64,000 nt of DNA, taken from NCBI GenBank assembly GCA_965644295.1, contig CBFFRP010000258.1:1-64000 (forward strand), read 5' to 3'. Made by a program: the position numbers and the translations under genes. Shown here in pieces: positions 37,915 through 50,798 of the stretch. Positions within the stretch are counted from its first letter, which is position 1; each line of letters opens with the position of its first letter. The DNA is from Paraphysomonas bandaiensis (Eukaryota > Protista > Chrysophyceae). Under the pieces are notes generated by a model. That model ran no database searches, had not been told where the DNA came from, and saw nothing but the letters and a program-made list of their open reading frames with translations.

Positions 37915-38589
37915 TTTTTTATTTTCTAATACTGCTATTAGATATATTACAGGCTCGTCGGAATGAGTAAGGTATATTACTATCTGAACATAGTGAGTAA
38001 AAGTTTTCTGTTATGTTGTTTAGGTAATTGTAGTGACGAAATATATTGTTGTAATGTTCCTCACAGTATACAAACTATTGTGGCGAATCGACAAGATACT
38101 GTAGTGTGGTATAAATATCATACCACTGAATCATCTATATTACAACCTGGTGATTTATATTATGAAGGTCTTGTTACCGTGAATGGTGTATTCTGTTGTC
38201 GTGTAATGCTTTAAAAAATTAATGAAGTATGTTTATGACAAATTCTTGTATCTTCTACCATAGAATCTTAGATGTTGTATATTGTTCCTAGACGAAGCGG
38301 TTGTCAAAGTATACGTGTTTCTTTGTGCAATGAATCAGGTTGTTACTGCATCACTAGAACACATTTCACGATTATAGAAGTGCCTATTCTGTGTGAGACA
38401 GCATATCTTAAAGCAAACACAGAAAGAAATCCCACCTTCCGAAAAAGCTAGTTTCTAGATTTATTTTAGACTAAGTTTTGACAACGAATACGCCGTGAAC
38501 TATGAACGTATCCCGAAGCTTCAAAGAAAACGAATGGCTGCTTCTTCCTCTCATAGGGATTTCTGTGAGAAAAAGACGTAACTGAACAG

Positions 38590-39329
38590 CAGGGCTGCGT
38601 AACAATTAATTGCAATTTAATTGTGCCAATTATTGTCTAATTACAAGCACATATAGCATTGTCAACCGTACTTGCATTCCACAGAATCTATTAAAGCGCA
38701 ATTACATAAGGGCCTCTAATCGATGAGGTGCCATAGATTTGCGCAGATCACTCCCATGTTAATTTTTGCTCTACTGTAGTAGTGGAGTAAATATCCAGGT
38801 TTTCGACTGCAAAGAAATAGTAAAAAGCCCTGATAATCCATGTCCATACTGCTGCACATCCAGTTCGTAGTGAACTACAATCCTGCAGTGTCTTGTCAGA
38901 CAGGATCGGAAGAACATGATTGCCACACTACTTATATATATATATATATATGTATAATATATCTAAAACTAGAAGGGTATTGAGCATTCCATATATACTA
39001 GGGATCGAGCTGAACTAAGTTTTGTAGGTCAAAATCAAGAGGAAAGACACATATAATCGACCGTTCAAAGAAACAGTACCTCTCTTTTAATGTAAATAAA
39101 ACGTTACAATGAGAGACCTTCCTTCCCACCATTGTAATAGCCATTATAGTAGCCATTAAGGGCAATAAATGGCCATCGTCCTTAATAATATGTGCTTATA
39201 CTATATAGTTAATAATTGCCAATTAATTGCAATTTAATTGCAATCTTCCAGCGAGCAATTATAATTGTAATTATTACGTATGTTCCATACTATTAAACTG
39301 CAATTACAATTAATTGTTACGCAGCCCTG
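38590..39329. mobile_element. hAT-type MITE (740 bp)
   Basis: 23-bp perfect TIR CAGGGCTGCGTAACAATTAATTG. 8-bp TSD CTGAACAG / CTGAACAA (7/8 match). Subterminal AATTAATTGCAATT repeats. No ORF. Confidence 0.9.
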
Positions 39330-39432
39330 CTGAACAATACTTTCACTCTATTATGCTCAGATTATAAGCTAGAAACATATAGCAACATATTATAATATAC
39401 TCATGATCAATATCACTTGTCAATCACAAAAT

Positions 39433-39657
39433 TCATGCTGTCTCAACTACCAATCATTTCCATACAATCTTAGATATTACTATCTTATATGGCCAATATA
39501 TTTCATATTATTTCAGTTTCACTACTCTACGATTGCTATTATGACATTAGGTCTCACAATACAGTTAACCACTTCTGTATTCTTTTATTTTAACAGTCAT
39601 AATTCAAATATCTTTGAACTACAGCGTTTAATTGCTCTCAAATAGCAAAACTCCACA
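39433..39657. repeat. Repeat family 2 copy
   Basis: Aligns by eye with 4719-4951. Confidence 0.8.
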
Positions 39658-39733
39658 GTTATACGAGTAGACGTACCTCCAAATATAATGCTGTGGCCTA
39701 GATGCTAAGTTTTCGTTTAAACACGAATATATA

Positions 39734-39963
39734 GTAGTGAATGTCTTACTATTAGCAATAGGCGTGTAAGAGTCAGAACAAACTTTAGCATGTAGCAAAA
39801 CAATTTAACTAACAAGTGCTTAACTCTGATATCCTACTACTATTCAACACTACGAAAGCTGGTTGTGCGTCACCACAAGCACCAAGGTGCAATAACTTCC
39901 GCTCCAAAGCAAACGCAGTGAGTAAGCAGAATGTTGATTTCCCTGACATCTGCTGACTTCAGG
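39734..39963 (-). mobile_element. 5'-truncated copy D of the ribozyme-headed retroelement family (3' part only)
   Basis: GTGAATGTCTTAnTATTAGCAA...GCTTAACTCTGATATCCTACTA...AAGCACCAAGGTGCA is shared with the other copies. Confidence 0.8.
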
Positions 39964-40195
39964 GACGAATAATTAAATGCTGCAGGTAATGGAAATTTAC
40001 TCTCATTTTATCACAGATCGTTAAGGAAAGTTAAGTCGCCAGACTAGATATAGGTTACAATTGCATACACAATGGCATCATTTCGCAAAATTTTAGAATT
40101 CTGATGGCAATCACAGATAAGCTTTTGGTATATTAAATCATCTGTTAAGTTCTTCAGCAGTATAATAAGAAATGTATTAGTGAATTGAAGTAGCA

Positions 40196-40492
40196 TTCTG
40201 GAGGATAAGTACTTGGAGAAATATTTCTCCGGGAAACTAACGTGAGCAGCAGATAACGTTCTGCCCACTCATAGCCGAATGATTGTGTAATACAAGCGAC
40301 AAGGGACACTTATAAGTAGTGCCACTTGTGGAAACGTCTCTTTGGGCCTTGACGAATAAACAGGCCTCCGGGAATGGGCCAACCTGAAAGGTATCAGGGT
40401 ATTGGGCTGCCTGCTGAAGTCTAGCATCCGGGCTACTTCACCTTAAGGATAGAGAGCGAAATTGGTTGCACCTTGGTGCTTGCGGCGACACA
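40196..40492 (+). mobile_element. Copy E of the retroelement family (ribozyme P4-J4/2-P2' retained, 5' end lost)
   Basis: GGATAAGTACTTGGAGAAATATTTCTCCGGGAAACTAACGTGAG...TGACGAATAAACAGGC...TGCACCTTGGTGCTTG. Confidence 0.8.
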
Positions 40493-41348
40493 CTTTAACC
40501 TAACTCGGGGTGTTACACCAGGTGCAGCTATGTGTATAAAATGAGTGTGTGAATATGACAACAAAGAAGCGAAATGTGAAGATGAATGTGCTTATTACTA
40601 TGCCTTACCAATGCCTGAGCACCCTCAAGCACCTGAAGACGCCTCCTCATACGTGTTAACAGCAAGGTTTGTAACATAATAATAACAGCACATAGAACAT
40701 AAACAACTCATACAGAACCATTCACATTCCATGAACTATCTAGAAACACAGCAGAGAACACAGAACGATATTTTGCAGAAAATTCAGCAACATTTCACAA
40801 TTTTGTGAAGATATCCACCTTCTGGAAGATTCACGTAGAAGCCTATAGGAGGTGCCTTTAACCAACTCAACAGCCACAGACCAAATCAGTTTTATTTTTC
40901 ATTATATTTAACGAATAATACAAATCTATTTTATAGTAATATAGCCAATTTTGATTTATAACAATTAGTGATGAATACAGTCGCATTATTACATGGTAAC
41001 GGACTTAATGATGCTAGCCAAACTGTAATGTGATGACCGTATGAGATAGTGACTGTGTAATGTGTAAGATAGTATGTTCGCTACTTTATGGTTGAAGTGC
41101 AGTTAATCAAACTAGTTAATGATTTTTATATTCACTGAGATATTATTTCTTATTTATAATGCTACTTGTGTTAATTTCTCACAAGACAAAAACTGGAGAG
41201 TTTAACTCTAATGAATAGTTGAAGCTAACATAGCTTATTCTGCTTAATAATAGTGCAGCTTGATGATGCTTTGTTCCGTATGACAACAATTAAGAAGAAA
41301 ACCAAGACAAGGATACAAACTGCTCAAAGAATTCTTTCTACAATACTT

Positions 41349-41430
41349 CTTGTTTAATAATAATAGTTTCGCCACTTGTTTAATAATAATAGTTTCGCCA
41401 CTTGTTTAGTAATAATAGTTTCGCCACTTG
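41349..41430. repeat. Three tandem copies of a 26-bp unit CTTGTTTAATAATAATAGTTTCGCCA
   Basis: Read directly, ~45 bp downstream of the transferase stop codon. Confidence 0.9.
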
Positions 41431-41475
41431 AAGTGCTTCTTTTTTGGCTTTAACGAAAATATTCACAATAACTTT

Positions 41476-42356
41476 TTAGTGTGCACCATTGTATTTTGAC
41501 CTTACATGGCCATTTTCATACTTTAATCTAATATATTTGTCATACTCACACATACAATTCTGAACGTTGTGCAACGGCAGCGACATAGCGAGCTCTTCTC
41601 TAATTTGTTGCTGTATATCTAATAGTTCCACATGTCCCTGGTCCTGACTAATAATACTTTTTAATTTCCTGTCGTGATATCTATTCAAACCACGCATACT
41701 TCCTGGCCCAAGGGGCGCCCATGTCAACCAATCTGTTGCTGATCGAAGTGGTTCTATAAACTTTAAGTCTGCAACTACTTGGCCAGCCATAAAGGAAGCG
41801 AATCCCGTTTGCGTCTGTAAGTACTCCCAATATGACTGCAACGTCTCACCACTTCTAGGATTTCGTATTCTCTCGAAAAGAGGTGTAAAAACATGGTCGA
41901 CAGAGTAGTCAATCTTCTCCATTGACAAACCGCCAGTGGAAACAGTGTATGCGCCTGTATAAACCTTCTTCCCTTGAGACTTCCGGGCCTTAAGAATACT
42001 TCGTGTTTTTTCAGCATCCCACTGATGAGGAAACCCGATATCGTCCAAAGTATCTGGCCAGTTGAAATGCCTTGCAACGCATACAGCGAAAGCAATGTTA
42101 GGACTATCCGAGTAAGGTTCCAACCAACTTCTAAATATCCAGCGGGTAACTCGGTCATCTTCCCGGTTCACCTGTAATAAGGTCATCACTTACATTACCT
42201 GAAGAAAACAAAACATACATTGCAGAACTTGTAACTCATCAGTATCCTATCCTGTGTCCAAGGTTTGGGCAACCCCGCCTCCTTCTTGGCTCGAATAGAC
42301 TCTCTTTCCTTGATCCAATGGAATAACTCCCTCTGTTGAGGGCTCAGTGATTTCAT
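41476..42356 (-). CDS. Phage-type amino acid:DNA transferase / alpha-glutamyl-putrescinyl thymine pyrophosphorylase clade 1 (aGPT-Pplase1) homolog, 277 aa; intron 42172-42218
   Basis: Spliced protein: WIKERESIRAKKEAGLPKPWTQDRILMSYKFCN|VNREDDRVTRW...RHFNWPDTL...YTGAY...FMAGQVVADLK...GPGSMRGLNR...VQNCMCEYDKY, the signature motif series of this family. The intron is 47 nt, phase 0, GT-AG. Confidence 0.88.
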
Positions 42357-42766
42357 CGTTGAAGTTTCTGTGCTATTTATAGATAGTTCACATTTGTGAA
42401 CTTTATTTTCGGCTCTTGCGTTACTCAGTAACCAGCAGAGCAGGATATGCAGAGTGTATAGGTATCTACGTAGTAGGAATTCCTATGTATACATGTAGGT
42501 ATACAGTGTATATGGGTAGGATAAATGCGAAAATTAAAAAAATATTGTAGAATTTTTTGCTGCCGAGGTGAGGTTCGTACAACGATAGCAGCAATTATAG
42601 TTGCCACTGTTGTGGTATCTACAAAGTGTCGTCTTTTCAAACTTCTGGATCCTTGCGTTGGGTGTCATATTTTCAACTCCTACTTGCTGGCATCACTTCG
42701 CCGGGACTGTCATGGGTACTGTATTTGAGGGTTTGGAGGTATATTTGTGAATGATACTAGTATCCC

Positions 42767-43277
42767 ATGTATGCAGGTCGGAATGATACGTTATTCAACC
42801 CCGCTGAGCTACTATATCTAGAGGTGTCTTTCGTTAAAAGCGTTGTTGAGTCTTCATGTATCGTGGAGATCCCTGTGAGCGATACTGTGGAATCTCTAAA
42901 GGAAAGAGTATTAGAAGAATTTGACATAGGCATATTGGCAGATAACTACGCTTTATATTCGAATGGTAGTCATTGAGCGTGACTGTGCTATTTTTTAACG
43001 TCATTTCGTAGGAAAGCAGTTGGACGAGTCATTGTATGTTTCGGACTGCGGCCTCGTCGACTGGGATACTATCCATTTAAAAGAAAAGAACAGCAATTCG
43101 AGAATGCGGTCCATAGCTAATTCTCAAGATGTGATTGACTTTGGCTATGAAGATTCCACAGTTGATGACTTTGGCTATAGACATATTTTTCGTAATGTAT
43201 TAAACCTTTTGTGCTGTGTTAGGGATGATGCTGGCGACGATATTGGCGCTTGTTACCTAGAAAATAGTCGTGAGTAG
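42767..43277 (+). CDS. Small ubiquitin-like-domain protein; intron ~42966-43011
   Basis: Spliced VEIPVSDTVESLKERV...YALYSNGKQLDESLYVSDCGL..WDTIHL fits the ubiquitin beta-grasp pattern. There is no C-terminal GG. Confidence 0.7.
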
Positions 43278-43620
43278 TATTTTTTGTATAATTTTTGAAG
43301 TCCCAAGCATTGTTGTTAAGATTACTACATTACGTAATCTTACAGCTTTCTTGTACATTAACGTCGTCTTTTAAGACTTGTGTCTTCTATGTGCATATCT
43401 TCCTACTTTGGGAAGATTGTGACTGGCAGCGGCGGAAAAATTGCATATCTTCTAGTCTATACAATCATACTCCGATGTATGTTAATATTATTGAAAGTGC
43501 TCTCTTCTTCGAACCTATCAGAATTTGACATAATTAGGTGGTAAAGAATTATATAACAGAACATAGCATTGTACAATGTGCACTAGATATTAGATGTTTG
43601 AATTATACAATTATGATCAG

Positions 43621-43948
43621 TAGTGAATGTCTTATTATTAGCAACAGGCGTTTAAAAGTCAAAACTAATTTAGCATTGCAATTTAACTAACAAGTGCTTA
43701 ACTCTGATATCCTACTATTTAGCGCTACGAAAGCTGCTTGTGCGTCACCGCAAGCACCAAGGTGCAAACACTTTTGCTCTATCACTCAAACGCAGTGAGC
43801 AAGCAGAACGTTAATTTACCTGACTTCACGATTTTTGAGTCATTAAGGTGAACGGTGAACAGCCCAGATGCCCTTTAGGTGGGCCCATTCCCGGATGCAT
43901 GTTTATTCGTCAGGGTCCAAAGACGTTTACACAGTGACACTTATTAGT
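43621..43948 (-). mobile_element. 5'-truncated copy F of the retroelement family
   Basis: Colinear with copies G and D, e.g. AAACGCAGTGAGCAAGCAGAACGTTAATTTACCTG and GGGCCCATTCCCGGATGC. Confidence 0.8.
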
Positions 43949-44397
43949 ATATCAATATTTTGTTGTAGATGGATATATCGTCCCGCGGCCAAGTTTAGAT
44001 TGTAGCTTACCCCCGTGATATGCAGAGCCAAAATTAGTAAAATTGAAAGTTAACTAATGATAGTGGGCTGATGTCTGCAGTATTTACTTTCTACCGGGCT
44101 AATATAAGGCTATGATGGCGATATGAAGGTGCACACACAGGACGACCTGTGTATGTTCTATTGAATAAACAAGATGGGATAAGTGTATATTTGATAACTA
44201 ATTAAACGGGTATCATTGTCAACTCTGCGCCATCAAAAACATTCTTCAATACAAGTACATTTTAATTTATCAGTTGATATCCTGCACCTCTAACAATATG
44301 CACAACACATTATATTGACAGTATATCTTTGTAATTTAAAGCCATATATCTTGATATGGGTGGGCCCAGGCAATCTCAGAAATATAGCCTCTCGTTT

Positions 44398-46748
44398 CTA
44401 CACGACTACCGAAAAAGCAATAACAAATACACTTCCAATTGCAGCTGACCCAATAACAAAGTGATAAATGGCAATCTTAAGGTCAGTATTCGAGTCATTG
44501 GACGCAGAATTTTTCTCAAAATGTAGTGCCACAGTGTGCCCATCCGTTCCAGCGCTTACATGCTCCTTGTCTAGTCTGATTATTCCCCAAATACAGCGTC
44601 TGCAAAGCTCAAACATTGCTAGAAATGGCCCCAATTGGTCACTTAGGGAGTACGAAAAAGGGCTCCCAGAGGATCCCTGGTACATTACAGGTAAGAGAAA
44701 ATTACAGTGACTAAGTATATTCATCAAATACCTGTGGAATCAACGATAGCGTCCAGAGGCCACGCAACAGTAGATCCAGCACCATTGCAACGTAATAGAA
44801 CCCCTTGTTTTTCTTGTACATCAAATGACGTCGAAGGAAAACCTTGTTATCCAACGACCTCCAATCACCGCTAACCAGTGATTTCCAGGATGGGAGCACC
44901 TGGAATAAGCTCCAATCATTAAAAACATCCCAGTATGTTGAGTACAGCGTGGATGTGACGAGAAGAATTATGAACACAATCCTATATATAGAATGAGAAA
45001 GACTAGATGTCTGCTGACTGAGAGGGTGTGACAACCCCATGATCACTACAATCATACTGAGAGTATACTTAACCGCATTGTAGGAGTGAGGCCACACTAG
45101 AATGCCCCATCCAGATGAAGGAGGGGAATCGTGTACCTTACGTAGACACTGCGCAAAACGAAACCACAGAGGGAGCAGTGCAAGAAGACCAGTCAACACA
45201 AACATGTAATTGTCATTACAAGTGCCAAAATTATGCAGTGAACTTGAGTGATCGCGATAGGCACCTGACAAGAGGTAGCATACGGCATAGGCGCAGTTAC
45301 TGTACACCTTAATACAAGAAGTCATGACATCGGCAGTGAAAATCTCCCTCAAGGTTACGGGGCTGAAAGGTGAAGTTACAATGCGGAATATAACAGAAGG
45401 TGAGTAAAGTCGATGGGACGCTGAATCCCGCTGTCGAGCAGCTTGAAGTACACCATGAACAAGATAAAACAGGGCAATGAACATGATAAAGTAGTGGGGT
45501 TCCATATCCAAGTGTAGGACATGTCGACGAGCCTTATAGTATAATATTAGGTCTGCTAAGTAGACCATGCTGATGACAGACTGTTTGGAAAAAAGTTCGT
45601 GCGAACTGGGGGAATGGTCGGCACTGAGGTCTAAGAGCACCAAATAGTTGACATTACAACGTTCCCACACACTCACACTGATTGCCCACAGCCAGTCATA
45701 TACAATTAGATTGCCGATGAAAGAGTAGACATACAACGCCGGATCATTCCAAAGAATGTAGCCATTCTCAGGCTCAACGATGGCCTCCCATAGAAACCAC
45801 ACTACAAGAAGAAGCACGACGCCAATCTGGCAACCCAGATACCAAGAGTCAGTTTCATTGTGGCCACCTTTCGTCATTTTCAGTTTCCCTTTCGCCTCAA
45901 CAAGGTCACCATCGCAGCAAAATTCTGCACATAGCTCAATCGTCCGCTTTTTAACCCGGTTTAGGCGGTGGTCTTTCTTGGCTGTGCTTCCGAAAGAGGT
46001 CTGGTAGACTATAGTATCCATGAGTTCGGGGTAAAGAGGTGTCACATTCTTTGAGCAAAGTTTATCATGCTTCTTGAGAATTTTAATAGCAAGCATACAG
46101 TTAAAAAAAGCAAAAGACTCTAACTCGTCAAGCTTTTTGTATATGGCGACATACGCACGTAGAACTGACAGCTCGCGATCTTTCTTCTGTTTGCGAACAG
46201 ACTTTGCAAGGCCGACATTTACCTCCATTGATGGAACAACACCTTGTTCATTCGCCTTTTCCAGAGATGTAGTTAACTGCTCTTCTGCTTTATGAAGCGT
46301 GTGTGTAAAAAACTCAGCTACCCTTTCTATTTCCTTCAGGAACATTTCCACGAACACAGTCTCATTCCAGTCCTTTTTCTTCCCTTTCAATGGACCAGTG
46401 CTGGGCAATTCAATCTCGTGTGATTTGCGCTCCTCAATATCACTAAACTCCGACTTTTGATGATCGTCAGGTATCGCTGTAGCTTCAACTTCCTGATTCA
46501 CGCTATTGCCAGTACACAGTCCATACCTTTGGAGAAACCGCTCGTCCTGCGAACTCCAAAGACTTTGAAAGGCATGCCTACACAGATCATCAGAATATGC
46601 GTAACATTCTGTTGATAAGACAATACATTGTGGTATCTTTCACAGATGAGTCTCTTTGAATATAATTCTTCAGTGTATCGTATTCGAGATAATGCACAGA
46701 CCATTTCCGGATGATATGTTCCTTGAAATTCTTCTCCAACCGAACCAT
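44398..46748 (-). CDS. SPX-EXS domain protein (XPR1/SYG1/PHO1 family phosphate exporter)
   Basis: SPX: MVRLEKNF..WSVHYLEYDTLK and KILKKHDK. EXS: ADVMTS, RFAQCLRK, NAVKY, YSTYWDVFNDW, LLLRGLW, ELCRRCIWGIIRLDKEH. Confidence 0.92.
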
Positions 46749-47302
46749 TGCAATTGATGGAAGCGGACCACAGAATGGAACGATATCAAACAACGATGTC
46801 TACGACAATGGGCTAGAAATAACACATACGCATTACCAAGTAAATCTGGTACAACTGTGGCGTGAACAACAAGGTCAAGCAAGAGAAATTATGAATATTA
46901 TGACAAGTGAGAAAACAACTTTCAGGAAGAAATTTTTTTAGCTTCTTACGTAAATACGATACGGTATACACAGAGTACTCAGAGTACAATAACATTCCTA
47001 CCGTAGTAAACCAGTTGTGTACTAGGAATTCCTACTGTACTACGTCGTCACTCATCAACATATTTTTTTTGAATAGGAATACAGCACATGTACAGCAGTA
47101 TACACATGTAGTATCACAATCTATCATACATTGTACATAGCTGCACGAGCAGCAGATATGGGAGTGATTGGCGGTCAGGGCAGCGGAATAAGGAGCACAG
47201 CAGACACAATCATCACGACACATCGACCAATTTCATTGCAATATTACATATTTCGGATTCCCGGGTTTTATATTTATTTGACCTCGCTATTAAGGCAAGA
47301 TT

Positions 47303-47728
47303 ATGGCTGAAGAAAACGATACTGGATATGATGAGAAAGTGAAGTATGTTAATGTGATCTCGCAACCATTAGCATCCAAGAAAACAACGAAAAAAATCCA
47401 CAAACTTGTAAAGAAGGCCGCAAGCGCGAAATTTGTGCGTCGTGGAGTCAAGGAAGTTGTGAAAGCTCTTCGCAAAGGAGAGAAGGGTTTCTGTGTTATT
47501 GCTGGGGATATTAGTCCTGTGGACGTAATAACTCATCTTCCGATTATGTGTGAGGACAGGGATGTGCCTTACCTGTATGTTCCAAGCAAGCACGATTTAG
47601 GTGCTGCTGCGTCCACCAAACGCCCTACTTCTTGTATTCTAATAAACCCAAAAGATTCTTTTGATGACATGGAACTTTACGGTAAAATAGTTGAGGAGGC
47701 GAGGTCTGTTGCTCCAATCAAGTATTAA
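47303..47728 (+). CDS. NHP2: H/ACA ribonucleoprotein subunit 2 (L7Ae family)
   Basis: ISQPLA, RRGVKEVVKALRKGEKG, AGDISPVDVITHLP, LGAAASTKRPTS. Confidence 0.95.
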   Translation: MAEENDTGYDEKVKYVNVISQPLASKKTTKKIHKLVKKAASAKFVRRGVKEVVKALRKGEKGFCVIAGDISPVDVITHLPIMCEDRDVPYLYVPSKHDLGAAASTKRPTSCILINPKDSFDDMELYGKIVEEARSVAPIKY

Positions 47729-50700
47729 GTACCCTTGAATGCATGAGTCTTCATGGGTATGTTAATGGAGTCAAGAACAAGTAGCTGTTTTATAATGGAG
47801 TATATATACAAGTCTATGTAATAATAATGCCTTTATTTTACAATCAACTTTGTGGTCAAGTTTGTATTCTTTTATAGTCTTGACAAAATATGTATTGAAT
47901 AAACTATATTGCAATATCATTGGAGCAAACACGTGGCATTCAGAGAATATGTTAAATCGAATATAAATGTCAATGCTGAGTATGAGTCTGAGAAGTTGCA
48001 GTGATAAGACAATACGCAACATAGGATAAACATTTAGTCACAATGTACTTTCAAGAAGAGATATAGTTATTGATCTTATCATTACGCTATCACCGCTATC
48101 CGCTATCACCATACATTATCAAATCAGATCAACAAATATTGTAAAAGAAATACCTTCTATCTTAATTAAGACTGTGGCATTCATTAAAAAGTGAATTCAT
48201 TCTATTACACAATTTAGGAAATTACACAACTTTTAGAGCAAGTCATCATTCTCTCCAAGTTGAATTCCACCCTTCCTCTTTCCTCTGTTGTAGAAGATCA
48301 GAATCATGTCAAAACTGGGACTTCGAAACAATACTTTAAGAATTTAACTGGAGAGATCTAATGCCACATCTATTGCTGAAGGTAACTTGGAGCAGTAGCT
48401 CCCAGTCCGGGTTTAAGCCACGTCATGATATCAGGATTGTGTGCGTCGCATATCATACACACAGCGTTCGATTTAGTTGCAATAGCAGGGATTAAGGACG
48501 TTGCACAAAATATGATGATGCCAGATAGTTTAGATAGATAAATAAATAGATAGAAAATTATAGAGAATTAGAAGTAGGATAGATATATAGATGGAAAGTT
48601 AATTGATATAAAAAGTATAGATAGTATAATAGTGATAAGTATAGATTGAAAATATTTGAAATTCTTTGAAATATTTGGCATCCATTTGCTCCATAACTGT
48701 CAAATAGAAACTCAGTATTCTTGATGACATTAAAGCACAGGGAAGTAGAGTTAGAATAGAGAATAATATAGACATGAACACTGAATTGAGCGCAGCTCCT
48801 CTTAAGTCCTAATATCGAGTGCCGAAATCATTTCAAACAAAACTCCAAGGCAACTATGCAAATCACATTGACTAGTCATATAAGAAAAGAAGTATTGTGA
48901 TAACACAGAGTGAACTCCATTGAATATTTCATCTGACAAACAATATTGTTTGGCATATACACTACTCATATTTGTTCAAGAAATTCCAACTAATTGAATG
49001 TATAATCTTCAGGCAGTGACAACAGACAAAAAGAAGTTTCACTCCTGCTGATAGAACACTGAAGGCTTTCCGTAGCACTTAATAAGCTGAACCATCCTTG
49101 CAAGTCACAACCCACGTAGTGCCATAGAATTGATAGTAAAACTGACTCATTGCGGATCATATCGATATATCTGAATAGAACTCTTGAAGAACAACAGAAA
49201 ATTCCAAAGTCTCAAACTCAAAGATCCATCAAAATCATTTTGGATATTTCAACTCCATACAACTTGCAGATAATACAAAATGACGATTAAATACTCCATC
49301 TAGTACAAAAAGTTATATCTCATCAAACTTTCTTTGCAAACCATAGTATTTCTCATTGTCCTCTTTGAGATTGACACAGGCTCAATACATACTCTATAGC
49401 CTTTGTGGACTGGAAAATCTTTTGAACACATACATGGAAAAAAGAAACTTGGAAATTATATAATACATCAAGTTAACTGCAGAGCTTTCCATATTGGACT
49501 TTGAATCACTGATTCTCACTTAGTCACTCAGAACCGTATAATAACAAGATTGATACATTGACCGAATCAATATTCTAATATATAAAGGTAATAGAAAAAA
49601 ATAGATACCGTATATGCTATACATAGAGAACATTGATACTAAGATACACATTGTGAACACAGTGAACTGTGTGACACCTTCACCTAGTTTGACTTGCAAC
49701 TCTATACAACACATTTTTGACTTCAAGAAAACATCATTCAATGACGACATATGTTCTAATTGACTCTGGTGTAGACACTCATCGCAACAAGTAACAAACA
49801 ACCAAACTTCCGAAGTAAGACGAAATGAATTGGTACAATGATGACAATTGATCTCAATATTCCTCATAGTACCGTATAGAGAACTTAAGCACCATTGACA
49901 ACAAGGAAATTGATGAAAATCACAATTCAACTCCAACACTGAAAACTAAAGATAAAACTGAAAAGAGTATGAGTATAAACCTGACATATGACTTGAAACA
50001 TAAATAGTATTAATGACAATTTGCTCTTCTGAAGCTGCTGGCGTAGTGATACGACACCTTATTTGACGAAATAAGATCTCGTAGGACTACGTCAGCCGCT
50101 TCAGTCATAGGAGAAGACGAAGTTGTACCTCGATAATAAAACATTTCAGACACACAGCACGATGAACTTGCTTCATGTGCTTCTGGAGGCATTGGTGTTA
50201 CTGTGTCAACTATTCCTCAGATCTCAGAACAAATTGTTGATCCAGCCTTACTGTAGTCGTGGATTGAGACAGCTATTCGAGATGGAATTCGAAATGCTAC
50301 TCAGAGTGTTATGGAGGATACTAATGTTGTTCAACCCCGTCATGAGAGGAGAGTGACAATACAATGAAAATCTCTACAAAGGGAATGTAAGGAAATTTGA
50401 GGGAATGTGATGAAGATCTGAATACCAACTTTGGTCACTGAAAGAATCAAGTGAGAGTTAGCGCACATATCTTCAGAGCAGTTCACATGATCACACTGTG
50501 CATCCAGCCAGCAGAATCTATGAAGCACTTTCCTCAAACTACTGTGTTGTATTACAGACGTAGTAGGTAGTATGTCAGCTCTGATTCGTGTAGGAATTCC
50601 TACAAGCGTATTCTTCTTGTCTTCGTCACATCTAGACATTACTATGCCAGGTACAGTATGTATATAGGAGCATACACAGTAAAGTCCAGATATATACAGC

Positions 50701-50798
50701 AGAACGTCCAAGAGGATATCATAGACTGTGTATATTCACCATAAGCATAGATCTAAGTGTACAGTTAAGTATATCATAAAATTTCACTATAATTCGCC

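Noticed and set aside
41349-41430. Mini-CRISPR or guide array next to the phage-derived gene
   Set aside because: Three head-to-tail 26-bp copies with no spacers: a simple minisatellite.
40500-43600. A complete phage hypermodification cluster or prophage around the transferase
   Set aside because: No kinase, hydroxymethylase, TET/JBP or viral structural gene is recognisable nearby; the neighbours are intron-containing host genes and host repeats.
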